DNA of 64,000 bases, taken from assembly GCA_039934415.1 (NCBI GenBank), contig JBDTME010000003.1, positions 11,821 through 75,820 on the forward strand, written 5' to 3'. Numbering within the stretch: the first letter of the stretch is position 1; every line of letters starts with the position of its first letter. Under the pieces are notes generated by a model. The model was not told the DNA's origin, did no database searches, and worked only from the letters and a program-made list of their open reading frames with translations. This document shows positions 10,401-18,798 of this stretch, piece after piece. Both the position numbers and the translations under genes were made by a program. The DNA comes from Patescibacteria group bacterium (GTDB lineage Bacteria; Patescibacteriota; Microgenomatia; UBA1400; PJMF01).

Positions 10401-13400
10401 GTCGATGAAGTTTTCCGTTGATAGAGCACCGGTGATATTTGCATCAAGGAATCCACCGCGAGTTTCAGCTGAGTCCCATTGAATAGTTGGAGCTGAGCCG
10501 GAGGTATTGTTTTCATTGATATCAATCAAAGCTGTTGTTCTGATACCAGCGGTTGGACTGAGATCGATGGCTTCATTGCCAACTGCCGAAACGATGGCGA
10601 TGCCGGTATCAAAGCCGGAACCAATATTGATACCAGTCTCAGTGCCTCCAGTACCAGTGAGGGTGAGGTTGATACCATTTAAAATATCACCAGCACTTGT
10701 TCCACCAGAGGTTAGAGCAATATTTAAACCATTATTTGTGATACTAGCACCGTCGCCGGTAACAAAAGTTAGACCGATTCCACTTGCATTAGCGGTAGTT
10801 GTGCCTAAGCCAGCGTTACTAATTGCTACCATGTCACCAGTTGGAGCCGAGGTCACTTGAGACACCTGGAAGTTAGTACCGGCGATTGGCCTAATCACTA
10901 AACTTCCATCTGTAGCATTAAGTGTGATTAATGCATTACTGCCATCCGCGTCATTATCATAAGCGTTTTGAAGTGTGGTAGTAGTAGAACCTATCCAGCC
11001 ACAGTTCACTGAAGCAGCGGTACAGAGCAATCGGCTTCCCCAGTACAAGTCACCCGTTGGTTGACCTGCACCTGCTCCAAAGCTCAGTGTGTTGTTGGCA
11101 CTGGCATCATTATTGAGTCCAATACTATTGCCGTAAGCAGAGATAGTGTTGGTCAATACCAGGTCACCGGTTGTACCACCGTCAGTGAAAGTGGCGATGT
11201 CATTGCCCGAGGTGTCTTCGATTGTCCAGACGCTTGAAGAAGAGGAGAATTGTCGAATGCCATTGCCCAGAATAAAGTTATCACCTACATTGATTGCATT
11301 TACGATTTCAGCGTCAGAAACATCGAGTGCATCAGTGATGACGCCTGATGCATTTACTGCCCGGATTAAGAGTCCATCCGCAGTGGTGACTGCGCCAGTT
11401 GAGTCAAGTTGTGCCAAGACTCCAGTTGATGAGGACGTGAGTAAAATACCTTGTCCGGTGCCCGCATTGGTGATATCAATCACTGATCCAGAGGCGTTTG
11501 CATAATTTTGAGCGGCCGATATTATATTGGAAGTGTCAGTACACGTCCCTGATGTTTGGGTACACGTCGAAGTGAAAGAAGCGAGATCGCCACTAATTGT
11601 ATACGTTGTGCCACCGTTGACTGTATTTGATCGATTTAAATCGAGATAATTACCAGTATCGTCTATTGAACCACTTGTTAAAGTGCGGCCCGGGTTGACT
11701 TTAATATAGTCCCCAGTGAAGGCACTAATCGCCCCAGAAGTGTTGCCGGTCATGCTGATACCGATGCCTGAGGTAGCTGAAGAAATACTAGAGAAACCAA
11801 GCCAAGTGTTGGCAGCTGTTTGTGACAAGTCTAGAACAGAAGAGGTTGAACCTGTGTCGCTATTTGAAAAAGAGACGAGGGAACTAGCACTATTATTAGA
11901 GCCGTTACTCGCTTGAGTGACAGAGAGAGCTGAGGTTGTGCGGGCACCTTGGGCGAGATCAGAGGTAACGCTGACTGTTCCCAGACCATTGAGTGGGAGG
12001 AAGTTGATGTCTCCAGTGGTTGCTCCGCCAACTGTCAATTTCTGGTTGGCAGTGGTTTGCAGTGATCCGGCGGCAGTCAGGTAAGCACCTCCGGCATCAC
12101 CTGCAGATAGTGAAGCGGTCGGAGTGCCCGAGTTCACGTTGAGGACTGCAAATTTGGCAGAGGTTGTGGCCGTGTTTCCAATTAAGAGATCGAGTGTATC
12201 GTTAACTGGTGAGATAGCTCCGTTGGCAATTCTCCAGTAGTTGGCACTGGCACAAGCACTAAAGGTAGGCGCGCCACCAGCATTGGACTTCAGACATTCT
12301 CCGGCGCTCCCTTGTCCAGTTTGAGCGACGACTCCAGAACCATTGGTATATAGCAGTCCACCGTCGGTCGTAAAAGTTGAGAGTGTTAGAGAAGAGTCAA
12401 AGCGAACTGCGCCGTCAACTTCGAACTCATCTTGAACGTAGAGATCATTATCACCGTCAGCCGTATTATTGGTAGCTGTTGAGCTCGCGAAAAAGTTAAA
12501 CGCCGCGGCTGCTGCGCCACCGACATTCAAGGTATTGCCATCGGCAAAGATGACATTATTACCAGCAGCGCTGATCGTGAGGTCGCCGGTCGTCGTAATA
12601 TCACCACCGTTGACTGCAAGATCGCCAGCCGTTGTGATATTGCCAGAGGCTTGAGCAACGGAGAAGTTGGCACCACCCACTGTCAGATTGGCTCCGGTGA
12701 CATCTAACCCGTTTGTTGCATCGACATTTCCGTCGAATTGAGCTTGGCCATCCACTTCAAATGTACCCTCTATATACCCATCTTCACCGTTTTGAGTTAA
12801 GCCTGGAGTGCCATTGCCGACTTTGAGATTTCCATCAAGTATGTTGAAAAGGGTTGCTGCCCCTAGATCTGCGGTGATAGCACCTGCTCCATTGAGTGGA
12901 AGGAGCGTAATGTCACCAGTGGTTGCACCACCAATAGTTAAGGCTTGATTGTCAGTTGTTTGTAATGTGCCTGTGGCATTAAGGTACGCACCCCCGGCAG
13001 TTCCAGCTGACAAAGAAGCAGTCGGGTTTCCAGAGTTAACATTAATAATGGCAAATTTGGCAGAGGTTGTGGCCGTGTTTCCAATCAAGAGATCAAGTGT
13101 ATCGTTGACAGGTGAGATGGCGCCGTTGGCAATTCTCCAGAAGTTTGAACCCGCTGCACTACAACTCGTCCAGGTTGGGGCGCCACCAGCATTGGAAACT
13201 AAACACTCTCCTGATGAACCTGCTGTTGTTTGTGCGACCACGCCAGAGCCATTGGTGTACAACAGTCCGCCATTCGTCGTAAAGGTCGAGAGTGTAAGGG
13301 ATGAATCAAAACGAACCGCGCCATCTACTTCCAAAACATCTTGAATATAGAGATCGTTATCACTTGCAGCCGTAGAGTTGCCGGCCGTAGAGTCAGCGAA

Positions 13401-16400
13401 AAAGTTAAACGCCGCGGCTGCCGCGCCACCCACATTCAAGGTATTACCATCGGCAAAGATGACATTGTTTCCTGCCGCATTGATCGTGAGGTCGCCAGTT
13501 GTCGTGATATCTCCACCATTGACTGCCAAATCGCCAGCCGTTGTGATATTGCCCGAGGCTTGGGCAACGGAGAAGTTAGCACCGCCTACTGTCAGATTCG
13601 CACCCGTTACATCGAGCCCATTGGTTGCATCGACATTACCGTCAAACTGAGCTTGGCCATCAACCTCAAAGGTTCCTTCAATGTAAGCATCTTCACCATC
13701 TTGAGTTAAGTTTGGTGTGCCATTTCCAACTTTGAGATTTCCGTCAAGGATTGTGAATAGACTGGTTGTGCCTAAGTCAGCTGTAATGTTGCCAGCGCCG
13801 TTCAAAGGCAAGAAGGAAATATCACCTGTCGTTGTTCCACCTAGAGTCAGGGTTTGATCTGCGGTGGTTTGTAAAACACCGGTGGCGGTTAAATATGCAC
13901 CACCAGCGGCTCCGGCAGAGAGGGAAGCTGTGGGTGTGCCAGAGTCTACATTTATAATAGCGAATTTGGCTGAAGCAGTAGAAGTACCACCGATGAGGAG
14001 ATCAAGTGTTTCATTGACAGGGTAGTGAGCACCATTCGCAATGGTCCATGTGCCTGCATTGCCACCTGAGCCACATGTTCCCCAGGTCGGAGCGCCAGTG
14101 CCGCCAGATTTTAGACAATCACCACCTGAGCCTGCAGTCGAAGTAAGTAGTTGTCCAGAACCGTTGGTGTAAACGATGCCACCGGCAGTATTGAGCGTTG
14201 AAAAAGTGACCGTGCCATCAAAACGAGCCGCACCGTCAACTTCCAAAACATCTTGAATATAGAGATCGTTGTCAGTGGCAGCGGTAGAATTACCGGCCGT
14301 AGAATCCGCAAAAAAGTTGAAAGTAGTACCAGCCGCGCCACCTACTCCCAACGTATTTCCGTCAGCCAGTAAGACGTTATTACCTGAAGCATTAATTGTG
14401 AGATCACCAGCTGTTGTGATGTCTCCACCATTCACTGCCAGGTCGCCAGCCGTTGTGATGTTGCCAGAAGCAGGAGCAACGGAGAAGTTACCACCGCCCA
14501 CTGTCAGATTGGAGCCGGTGACATCAAGGCCGTTGGTGGCATCAACATTGCCATCAAATTGAGCTTGGCCATCAACCTCAAAGGTGCCTTCAATGTATGC
14601 GTCTTCACCATCCAAGGTTAATCCGGGAGTGCCGTTTCCGATTTTTAAATTACCATCTAAAACATTAAACAAACTGGTTGTGCCTAAGTCAGCTGTAATG
14701 TTGCCCGCGCCGTTCAAAGGCAAGAAAGAAATGTCTCCCGTTGTCGTTCCGCCTAATGTTAGAGTTTGGTCGGCGGTGGTTTGTAAAATACCGGTAGCGG
14801 TTAAATACGCACCACCAGCGGCTCCAGCAGAGAGAGAAGCGGTGGGTGTGCCAGAGTCGACATTAATGATGGCAAACTTTGCCGAAGCCGTAGAAGTGCC
14901 ACCGATCAGAAGATCGAGCGTTTCATTGATTGGGTAGTGTGCGCCATTGGCAATAGTCCACGTGCCAGCACTTCCACCACCTCCTGCACACGCACCCCAG
15001 GTCGGAGCACCGGTGCCACCCGATTTGAGACAGTCGCCACCAGAGCCAGAAGCTGAGGTCAAAAGTTGTCCAGAACCATTGGTGTAGACAATGCCACCGG
15101 CTGTATTGAGTGCAGAAACCGTGACGGTGCCATCAAAGCGAGCCGCGCCATCTACTTCTAAAACATCTTGAATATAGAGATCATTGTCAGTGGCAGCAGT
15201 TGAATTACCGGCTGTGGAATCCGCAAAGAAGTTATATGCCTGAGCGCCAGCCCCTCCAATATTGAGCACGGTATTATTGGAAAAGATGACGTTACCACCA
15301 GCAGGGTTAATCGTAAGATCACCTGTGGAAGTGATATCTCCGCCATTGACTGCCAAATCGCCGGCAGTGGTAATGTCACCAGCATTGTTGACAGTTAATA
15401 CTTGTCCGCCAGTTCCATTGATGACGAGTGGGGTACTACCAGCATAGGTTGCACTGATCGTTGCTCCGTGAGTGAAGATGTATCCATCGTTAATCACATT
15501 CCCATTGAGATTTATTGTGCCAGTCCCATCAGGGTCTATGATAATGTTTCCATTGCTGCCAGAGTTGGTGACTAAGTTCAAAGTAGCCCCAGAAATAGTG
15601 AAAGTGCCACCGACCGATCGTAGTTGTGGTGATTGCTCACCGAGTAACACTTCACCCCATTGATTCATTACCACCACAGTACTCTTCGATGCTCCAGCTG
15701 TTGCGTTGACAGGGAACCCTTGTAGGGTTTCCGCATTTAAGGCATATGGAACGGTTGCGATGCGCTGGCGAGGAGTCAGTACGTCTGAGACGACCGTAAT
15801 TTCTAGCCAGACTTGGCTATTCTCAGTAAACACCGTGGCATCAATCGCACTGCCACAAGTACTGCCCAAGATCGTCGAGAAGATCCCATCTTGATCTGGG
15901 TCAATACTACAAGTTCCCGAATTCCAGAGCAGGTTTCCTGCCGAAGAAGCATCCCAGAGTTTAAACGTGGTGTTCGTCGCTGTCGTAATAGGTGTCCCTG
16001 CAACATCGGTCAACCTCGCTTGAAAAGATAGGATTCTGTCGGCGGTGACTGGTGCTGCTGGAAAGGCAAATTTCTCTGGAACATTCACGAAGAATTGCCG
16101 ATACCACAAGATTGAAATGAATATAAAGAAAATGACGAGCGTCGCCAAATGAAAATATGGGCCGAGAATCCAGTCTTGGTACTTTTTGCGGTCAGCAGTT
16201 TTTTCGTCTGTGGTCTCTTTTGCACTCAGCTCATCTTGATTTTGAGATGGGGGGCGTTGAGTAAAAAATGCAGGCAGCTCTTGAATTGAGGTGGTTGATG
16301 CAGAAGGAGTAGGTGTCAGAGTAGGTGTGGGTGGGGTGACCACCTGAGGAGTCTCCGTGTGTTGTGACTCCGTGCTTAAGTAGTTTTTTTCAACCCAATT

Positions 16401-16754
16401 TGAAAATAATTTCAGACTCACAATTTTTCGTTGAATACTCGAACTTTTTAATCCTTTTTCTTGCTGATCAGCAAAGAAGCCTTTGAAGTTCTGTTCGCTC
16501 AAGACCGTCTGAATATTGTCGTCATTTGAAAAATCGAGGAATTGGAGAATGTCGCTGGAGTAGTTTCTCAGTGTTGATTTACTAACCGAAAGGGAACTCA
16601 GTTCTTTCAAAAACAGCTCCACGCAATGTTTGGCGGAAAGTGGTTGAGGTGAAGGCGCGTATTCTTGGTTTTCCACAACACCAGAAACACCCTCATCTTT
16701 TCGCTTGAATAGGCCTATGAAATTGCTGGAAAACTGTTTAATTTGGGCGAACAT
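7500..16754 (-). CDS. Giant (3084 aa) fibre/adhesin-like protein: N-terminal tyrosine-recombinase core-binding (SAM-like) domain, one TM, ~305-aa repeats, intramolecular-chaperone-like domain
   Basis: FLKELSSLSVSKSTLRNYSSDILQFLDF...GLKSSSIQRKIVSLKLFSNW; TM YFHLATLVIFFIFISILWY; SFQARLTD...LTPRQRIATVPYALNAETLQG; G/T/N-rich repeats; FTGSH...GENLQAGDYLISS. Confidence 0.8.
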   Translation of the reverse strand: MFAQIKQFSSNFIGLFKRKDEGVSGVVENQEYAPSPQPLSAKHCVELFLKELSSLSVSKSTLRNYSSDILQFLDFSNDDNIQTVLSEQNFKGFFADQQEKGLKSSSIQRKIVSLKLFSNWVEKNYLSTESQHTETPQVVTPPTPTLTPTPSASTTSIQELPAFFTQRPPSQNQDELSAKETTDEKTADRKKYQDWILGPYFHLATLVIFFIFISILWYRQFFVNVPEKFAFPAAPVTADRILSFQARLTDVAGTPITTATNTTFKLWDASSAGNLLWNSGTCSIDPDQDGIFSTILGSTCGSAIDATVFTENSQVWLEITVVSDVLTPRQRIATVPYALNAETLQGFPVNATAGASKSTVVVMNQWGEVLLGEQSPQLRSVGGTFTISGATLNLVTNSGSNGNIIIDPDGTGTINLNGNVINDGYIFTHGATISATYAGSTPLVINGTGGQVLTVNNAGDITTAGDLAVNGGDITSTGDLTINPAGGNVIFSNNTVLNIGGAGAQAYNFFADSTAGNSTAATDNDLYIQDVLEVDGAARFDGTVTVSALNTAGGIVYTNGSGQLLTSASGSGGDCLKSGGTGAPTWGACAGGGGSAGTWTIANGAHYPINETLDLLIGGTSTASAKFAIINVDSGTPTASLSAGAAGGAYLTATGILQTTADQTLTLGGTTTGDISFLPLNGAGNITADLGTTSLFNVLDGNLKIGNGTPGLTLDGEDAYIEGTFEVDGQAQFDGNVDATNGLDVTGSNLTVGGGNFSVAPASGNITTAGDLAVNGGDITTAGDLTINASGNNVLLADGNTLGVGGAAGTTFNFFADSTAGNSTAATDNDLYIQDVLEVDGAARFDGTVTFSTLNTAGGIVYTNGSGQLLTSTAGSGGDCLKSGGTGAPTWGTCGSGGNAGTWTIANGAHYPVNETLDLLIGGTSTASAKFAIINVDSGTPTASLSAGAAGGAYLTATGVLQTTADQTLTLGGTTTGDISFLPLNGAGNITADLGTTSLFTILDGNLKVGNGTPNLTQDGEDAYIEGTFEVDGQAQFDGNVDATNGLDVTGANLTVGGANFSVAQASGNITTAGDLAVNGGDITTTGDLTINAAGNNVIFADGNTLNVGGAAAAAFNFFADSTAGNSTAASDNDLYIQDVLEVDGAVRFDSSLTLSTFTTNGGLLYTNGSGVVAQTTAGSSGECLVSNAGGAPTWTSCSAAGSNFWRIANGAISPVNDTLDLLIGNTATTSAKFAIINVNSGNPTASLSAGTAGGAYLNATGTLQTTDNQALTIGGATTGDITLLPLNGAGAITADLGAATLFNILDGNLKVGNGTPGLTQNGEDGYIEGTFEVDGQAQFDGNVDATNGLDVTGANLTVGGANFSVAQASGNITTAGDLAVNGGDITTTGDLTISAAGNNVIFADGNTLNVGGAAAAAFNFFASSTATNNTADGDNDLYVQDEFEVDGAVRFDSSLTLSTFTTDGGLLYTNGSGVVAQTGQGSAGECLKSNAGGAPTFSACASANYWRIANGAISPVNDTLDLLIGNTATTSAKFAVLNVNSGTPTASLSAGDAGGAYLTAAGSLQTTANQKLTVGGATTGDINFLPLNGLGTVSVTSDLAQGARTTSALSVTQASNGSNNSASSLVSFSNSDTGSTSSVLDLSQTAANTWLGFSSISSATSGIGISMTGNTSGAISAFTGDYIKVNPGRTLTSGSIDDTGNYLDLNRSNTVNGGTTYTISGDLASFTSTCTQTSGTCTDTSNIISAAQNYANASGSVIDITNAGTGQGILLTSSSTGVLAQLDSTGAVTTADGLLIRAVNASGVITDALDVSDAEIVNAINVGDNFILGNGIRQFSSSSSVWTIEDTSGNDIATFTDGGTTGDLVLTNTISAYGNSIGLNNDASANNTLSFGAGAGQPTGDLYWGSRLLCTAASVNCGWIGSTTTTLQNAYDNDADGSNALITLNATDGSLVIRPIAGTNFQVSQVTSAPTGDMVAISNAGLGTTTANASGIGLTFVTGDGASITNNGLNIALTSGGTSAGDILNGINLTLTGTGGTETGINIGSGFDTGIAIVSAVGNEAIDLSPTAGIRTTALIDINENNTSGSAPTIQWDSAETRGGFLDANITGALSTENFIDLTTSGAFTSNLIDVNIGAQAATGDVINIDLGATAVNAQALVVGNSASVRTASMFEVNDNNSTGAVATFDLNGAGTRGGLFDIDWSGALATENLIDITANSIATANALNITENGLTTGRAINVSSTSTVLTTSDFANFDWSPSGSTEIFASAGSSLLTLNVGTYGNISKIFSVQDDSSEVFGVSQSLISNALPAEFTAAGDVAIAYDIQFTNQTASFIKSNGPLTIASGETFENNNLTLRTYGTGLLNVDAPGGSLFTVSGTTVASFNRNTSDGTIISLQQDGTQEGSISVSGTTVSYNAFTGSHYAWTDQSINKGEIVTLTDDNRRLGDRVESEILYGVVKSTVANDPKILGSYLALQESSQPASNKNPQLIMAAGNGEVWVVDQGENLQAGDYLISSNVEGHAMKEAGQFDKSYIFARVAEPVDWSTVTTTTAGGKKHKLISVLYESFVKDNAMGLTLSTDGSLSSNYTIQTPSQSANGRFSVIADATSQVVSRVGVFARLIVGEIQAGLITTKELIADRITIKDKLITPKVQTSLISPISGQQLSFNLGDADQNKLHITNKNNQDILTIDQQGNTDIVGTISAQQDLIASGSVQASTGRFEQLKAQQAQLASLEVGSATISGELFLSDGRSIQNIITDNDSYLASLSAQTEQITQAIQQAPQTVKSSAFDQFMSQLTGSSDASVSAAIQSIAQQQNIQLTSEDLVLAPSALFVKEYLSVAGYTQLNSASVSSNLTIGNNLLFTGDTIAVAGQTLFIQPTNTATVNILAGLLVLNPDGNVEINGDLVVNGNLAVKQQLNTNAMQLNDYSSDFTLKLATESAVLGESTQSKFSILDASNSAVASIDASGSARFKDLATQGIVIKQPVSQATDSASISQAAKNKTAGSMILPALATELTIENNNVSENGLIYLTPTSDTANQVLYLKSKETCNGPLALASCQKSFTVGIKNAVTQDINFNFWIVKVE
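11990..15380 (-). repeat. Intragenic tandem repeat, ~910-915 bp (~305 aa) unit, three full copies plus one partial
   Basis: ITTAGDLAVNGGDIT, DNDLYIQDVLEVDG and TLDLLIG recur four times (near 15370, 14460, 13545, 12635); boundaries approximate. Confidence 0.85.
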
Positions 16755-17203
16755 TATTTTCTCGAGATTAGACGAATTAGATAGACGTTAGATGCCTGGA
16801 GGCCTGTTCGCTCTTGGTGCGATACAGGAAAAATTCCTCCCTTGAGAAGATTGAAAATGTTGACTGAGAAAATTTGAAGTAGGGCAAGCATTGATTTCTC
16901 GAGATTAGATGTCGTTAGATATCTGGAACTCATCAAGTGTATGGGGCGCTTGAGAACCAAGTCAAGAGAGCAATTCTCGTGCGTATATAGTATTTGGGGA
17001 GCTTTCTCCTCAGTCATTTTTGAGTCTAAAATCAGTATCAAATAAGGTCGAAAGACATCATTACTTTAAAAAAAGAAGGTCATAATGGGTAAAACTCACG
17101 AAGTGTTAATTGTTTAAATAGCGCGCATCATGTAATCTAATAATCAAACGAACTTTCTTACCAGATGGAAAGCGAAATTTATACACATACGATGTTTTTT
17201 TAT

Positions 17204-17233
17204 ACCGACTGTGAAGAGAGTTTTGCTGTCGGT
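17204..17233. promoter_or_regulatory. Imperfect inverted repeat ACCGAC-N18-GTCGGT upstream of the PaaX-like gene (candidate operator or hairpin)
   Basis: ACCGACTGTGAAGAGAGTTTTGCTGTCGGT in the divergent promoter region. Confidence 0.4.
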
Positions 17234-17275
17234 GATCGTAAGTAGTGTAATGCCTATCAAAAATCGTGAAAGAAT

Positions 17276-18055
17276 ATGAAGAGAAAAACAGCAGAGCTAT
17301 TACTAAGCAGTTTTACTCCGCCTGGATTTCCTCAAGAGAAGGGACTGAGGAAATACCAGTTCTACTACGACTTATTTTCGGATATTACCGAGGGCGGCAT
17401 ACGTTCATCAATTTATCAATTGGTGGAGAAGCGATATTTAAAGAGGTTTACGTTGAATGGTCAATCTTTTTTCCGAATTACAGATGCTGGCATTGGAAAA
17501 CTGAGTCTGCTATACCCATCCTTACGGATAAAAGAACGAAAAAAAGGTGATATGCGAGGTCACTTGTTAATACTGCTCAAACCCATAGCTGATGATCCTC
17601 ATTTTTTAAAACTCCGAAAAATCCTAGCACTTCAAATGTTCTCTCAGGTGACCAGAGGGGTATATTTTTACTCATTTCCAGTTTTTCCAGCGCAACTCCA
17701 TAGCCTACTCCTGGATAAATACTCTTCTTCGGTTTCTGTGGCTGAGATAAAAGAGTTTTCACTGGCTATTCCAGATCAGACGGATTTGAGCTTTCAGAAA
17801 AAAAAACAACTCCAAGAAGCCCTGTCTAGTATTAGCAAATCAATGATGAAACTGATAGATATTGGAAGCCTGGAAAATAAATTGAATTATCAATCTAAAA
17901 TGATGATAGAGGATTTTCTAAAATTGTTGACTGAACTATTTCATTCCAGCCGGAGTGAGTTTTTTGAGGAAAAGGCCTACAGAGATCTTCTTTTTCAGGC
18001 TATCGAACACTGGAACATTTTAATCGAACTTCATTACTTTTCACAAAAACGTTAG
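17276..18055 (+). CDS. PaaX-like transcriptional regulator (winged HTH plus Cas2-like ferredoxin-fold domain)
   Basis: EGGIRSSIYQLVEKRYLKR...FFRITDAG (wHTH); LRKILALQMFSQVTRGVYF (PaaX central domain pattern). Confidence 0.65.
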   Translation: MKRKTAELLLSSFTPPGFPQEKGLRKYQFYYDLFSDITEGGIRSSIYQLVEKRYLKRFTLNGQSFFRITDAGIGKLSLLYPSLRIKERKKGDMRGHLLILLKPIADDPHFLKLRKILALQMFSQVTRGVYFYSFPVFPAQLHSLLLDKYSSSVSVAEIKEFSLAIPDQTDLSFQKKKQLQEALSSISKSMMKLIDIGSLENKLNYQSKMMIEDFLKLLTELFHSSRSEFFEEKAYRDLLFQAIEHWNILIELHYFSQKR

Positions 18056-18798
18056 GTTTCGGGTTTGCTGTTTTGTTAATTTTTAGCTTTGCCTGTACTG
18101 TTTTTCGGTAATAATCACATGCACTGTGAAAACGTTTACTCTGTATTCTTCGGGAACTGTTCTGACTGCGTCATTTTTTGTATTTGATTAAAATTCTGAA
18201 TGATAGTTTGATCTGTTTAAAAACTATTATACTGGATTCACAAGAGGATGCAATAATAGTTATATTGGTGCGAACCGAGGAGAGCGTTATAAATGCAATA
18301 ATACAAAATCTTTATTGCCGCAAGTCTAGCAGGCAAAAATATAGCGAAGCATTAAAGCTTCATAAAATGCGTTAATAGATTTTTATCTCCTCCAGATTCA
18401 AATAACAGCCCCAGGCTAATTAGCAGCAACAGTATTATTGTGATAAGTGCAATTAATCATTAAATATCATGATGAATCAATCTAAATTAACTTTTGATTT
18501 ATTAATGAAACTGGTGCGGGATTTGGAACTGTTTTTGAGGGAAATCTTTTCTTTTTAGTGAGAGAATGAGGAAGGGAGTGACCCCAAAATGCGTACAGTA
18601 ATCATTCTGTTCCCAGAAGCTCTAGATCACTGAACTCAGTAGGACTAGCGCTGTGGCTCTATTGTTCGCAGTAAAAATGTAGTGACAGCAGATGAAGAAT
18701 AGTGAAGTTGCGCAATCATAATGCCTAAACACGGAACTTAATCAGAGGAGTAATGTTCAGCAGTGATGACAACGAGCTACTGCTTAAAGTCTTGCTTC

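Noticed and set aside
7999-16031. Many short ORFs overlapping the giant gene (and similar ones within other long genes)
   Set aside because: Antisense or alternate-frame shadows of a stop-poor repetitive CDS
16380-16630. Functional integrase or prophage
   Set aside because: Only the core-binding domain is present; no catalytic domain, att sites or phage structural genes
16754-17041. 95-aa ORF upstream of the giant gene
   Set aside because: No recognisable motif; lies in the divergent promoter region and is probably spurious
17121-17148. dif-like site (AGCGCGCATCATGTAAT resembles the XerC arm plus spacer)
   Set aside because: The XerD arm (TTATGTTAAAT) is absent, so chance similarity is plausible; still worth including as a probe for the core-binding domain
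17276-18055. Cas2 / CRISPR locus
   Set aside because: The Cas2-like fold is part of the PaaX architecture; no cas1 and no repeat-spacer array anywhere in the window
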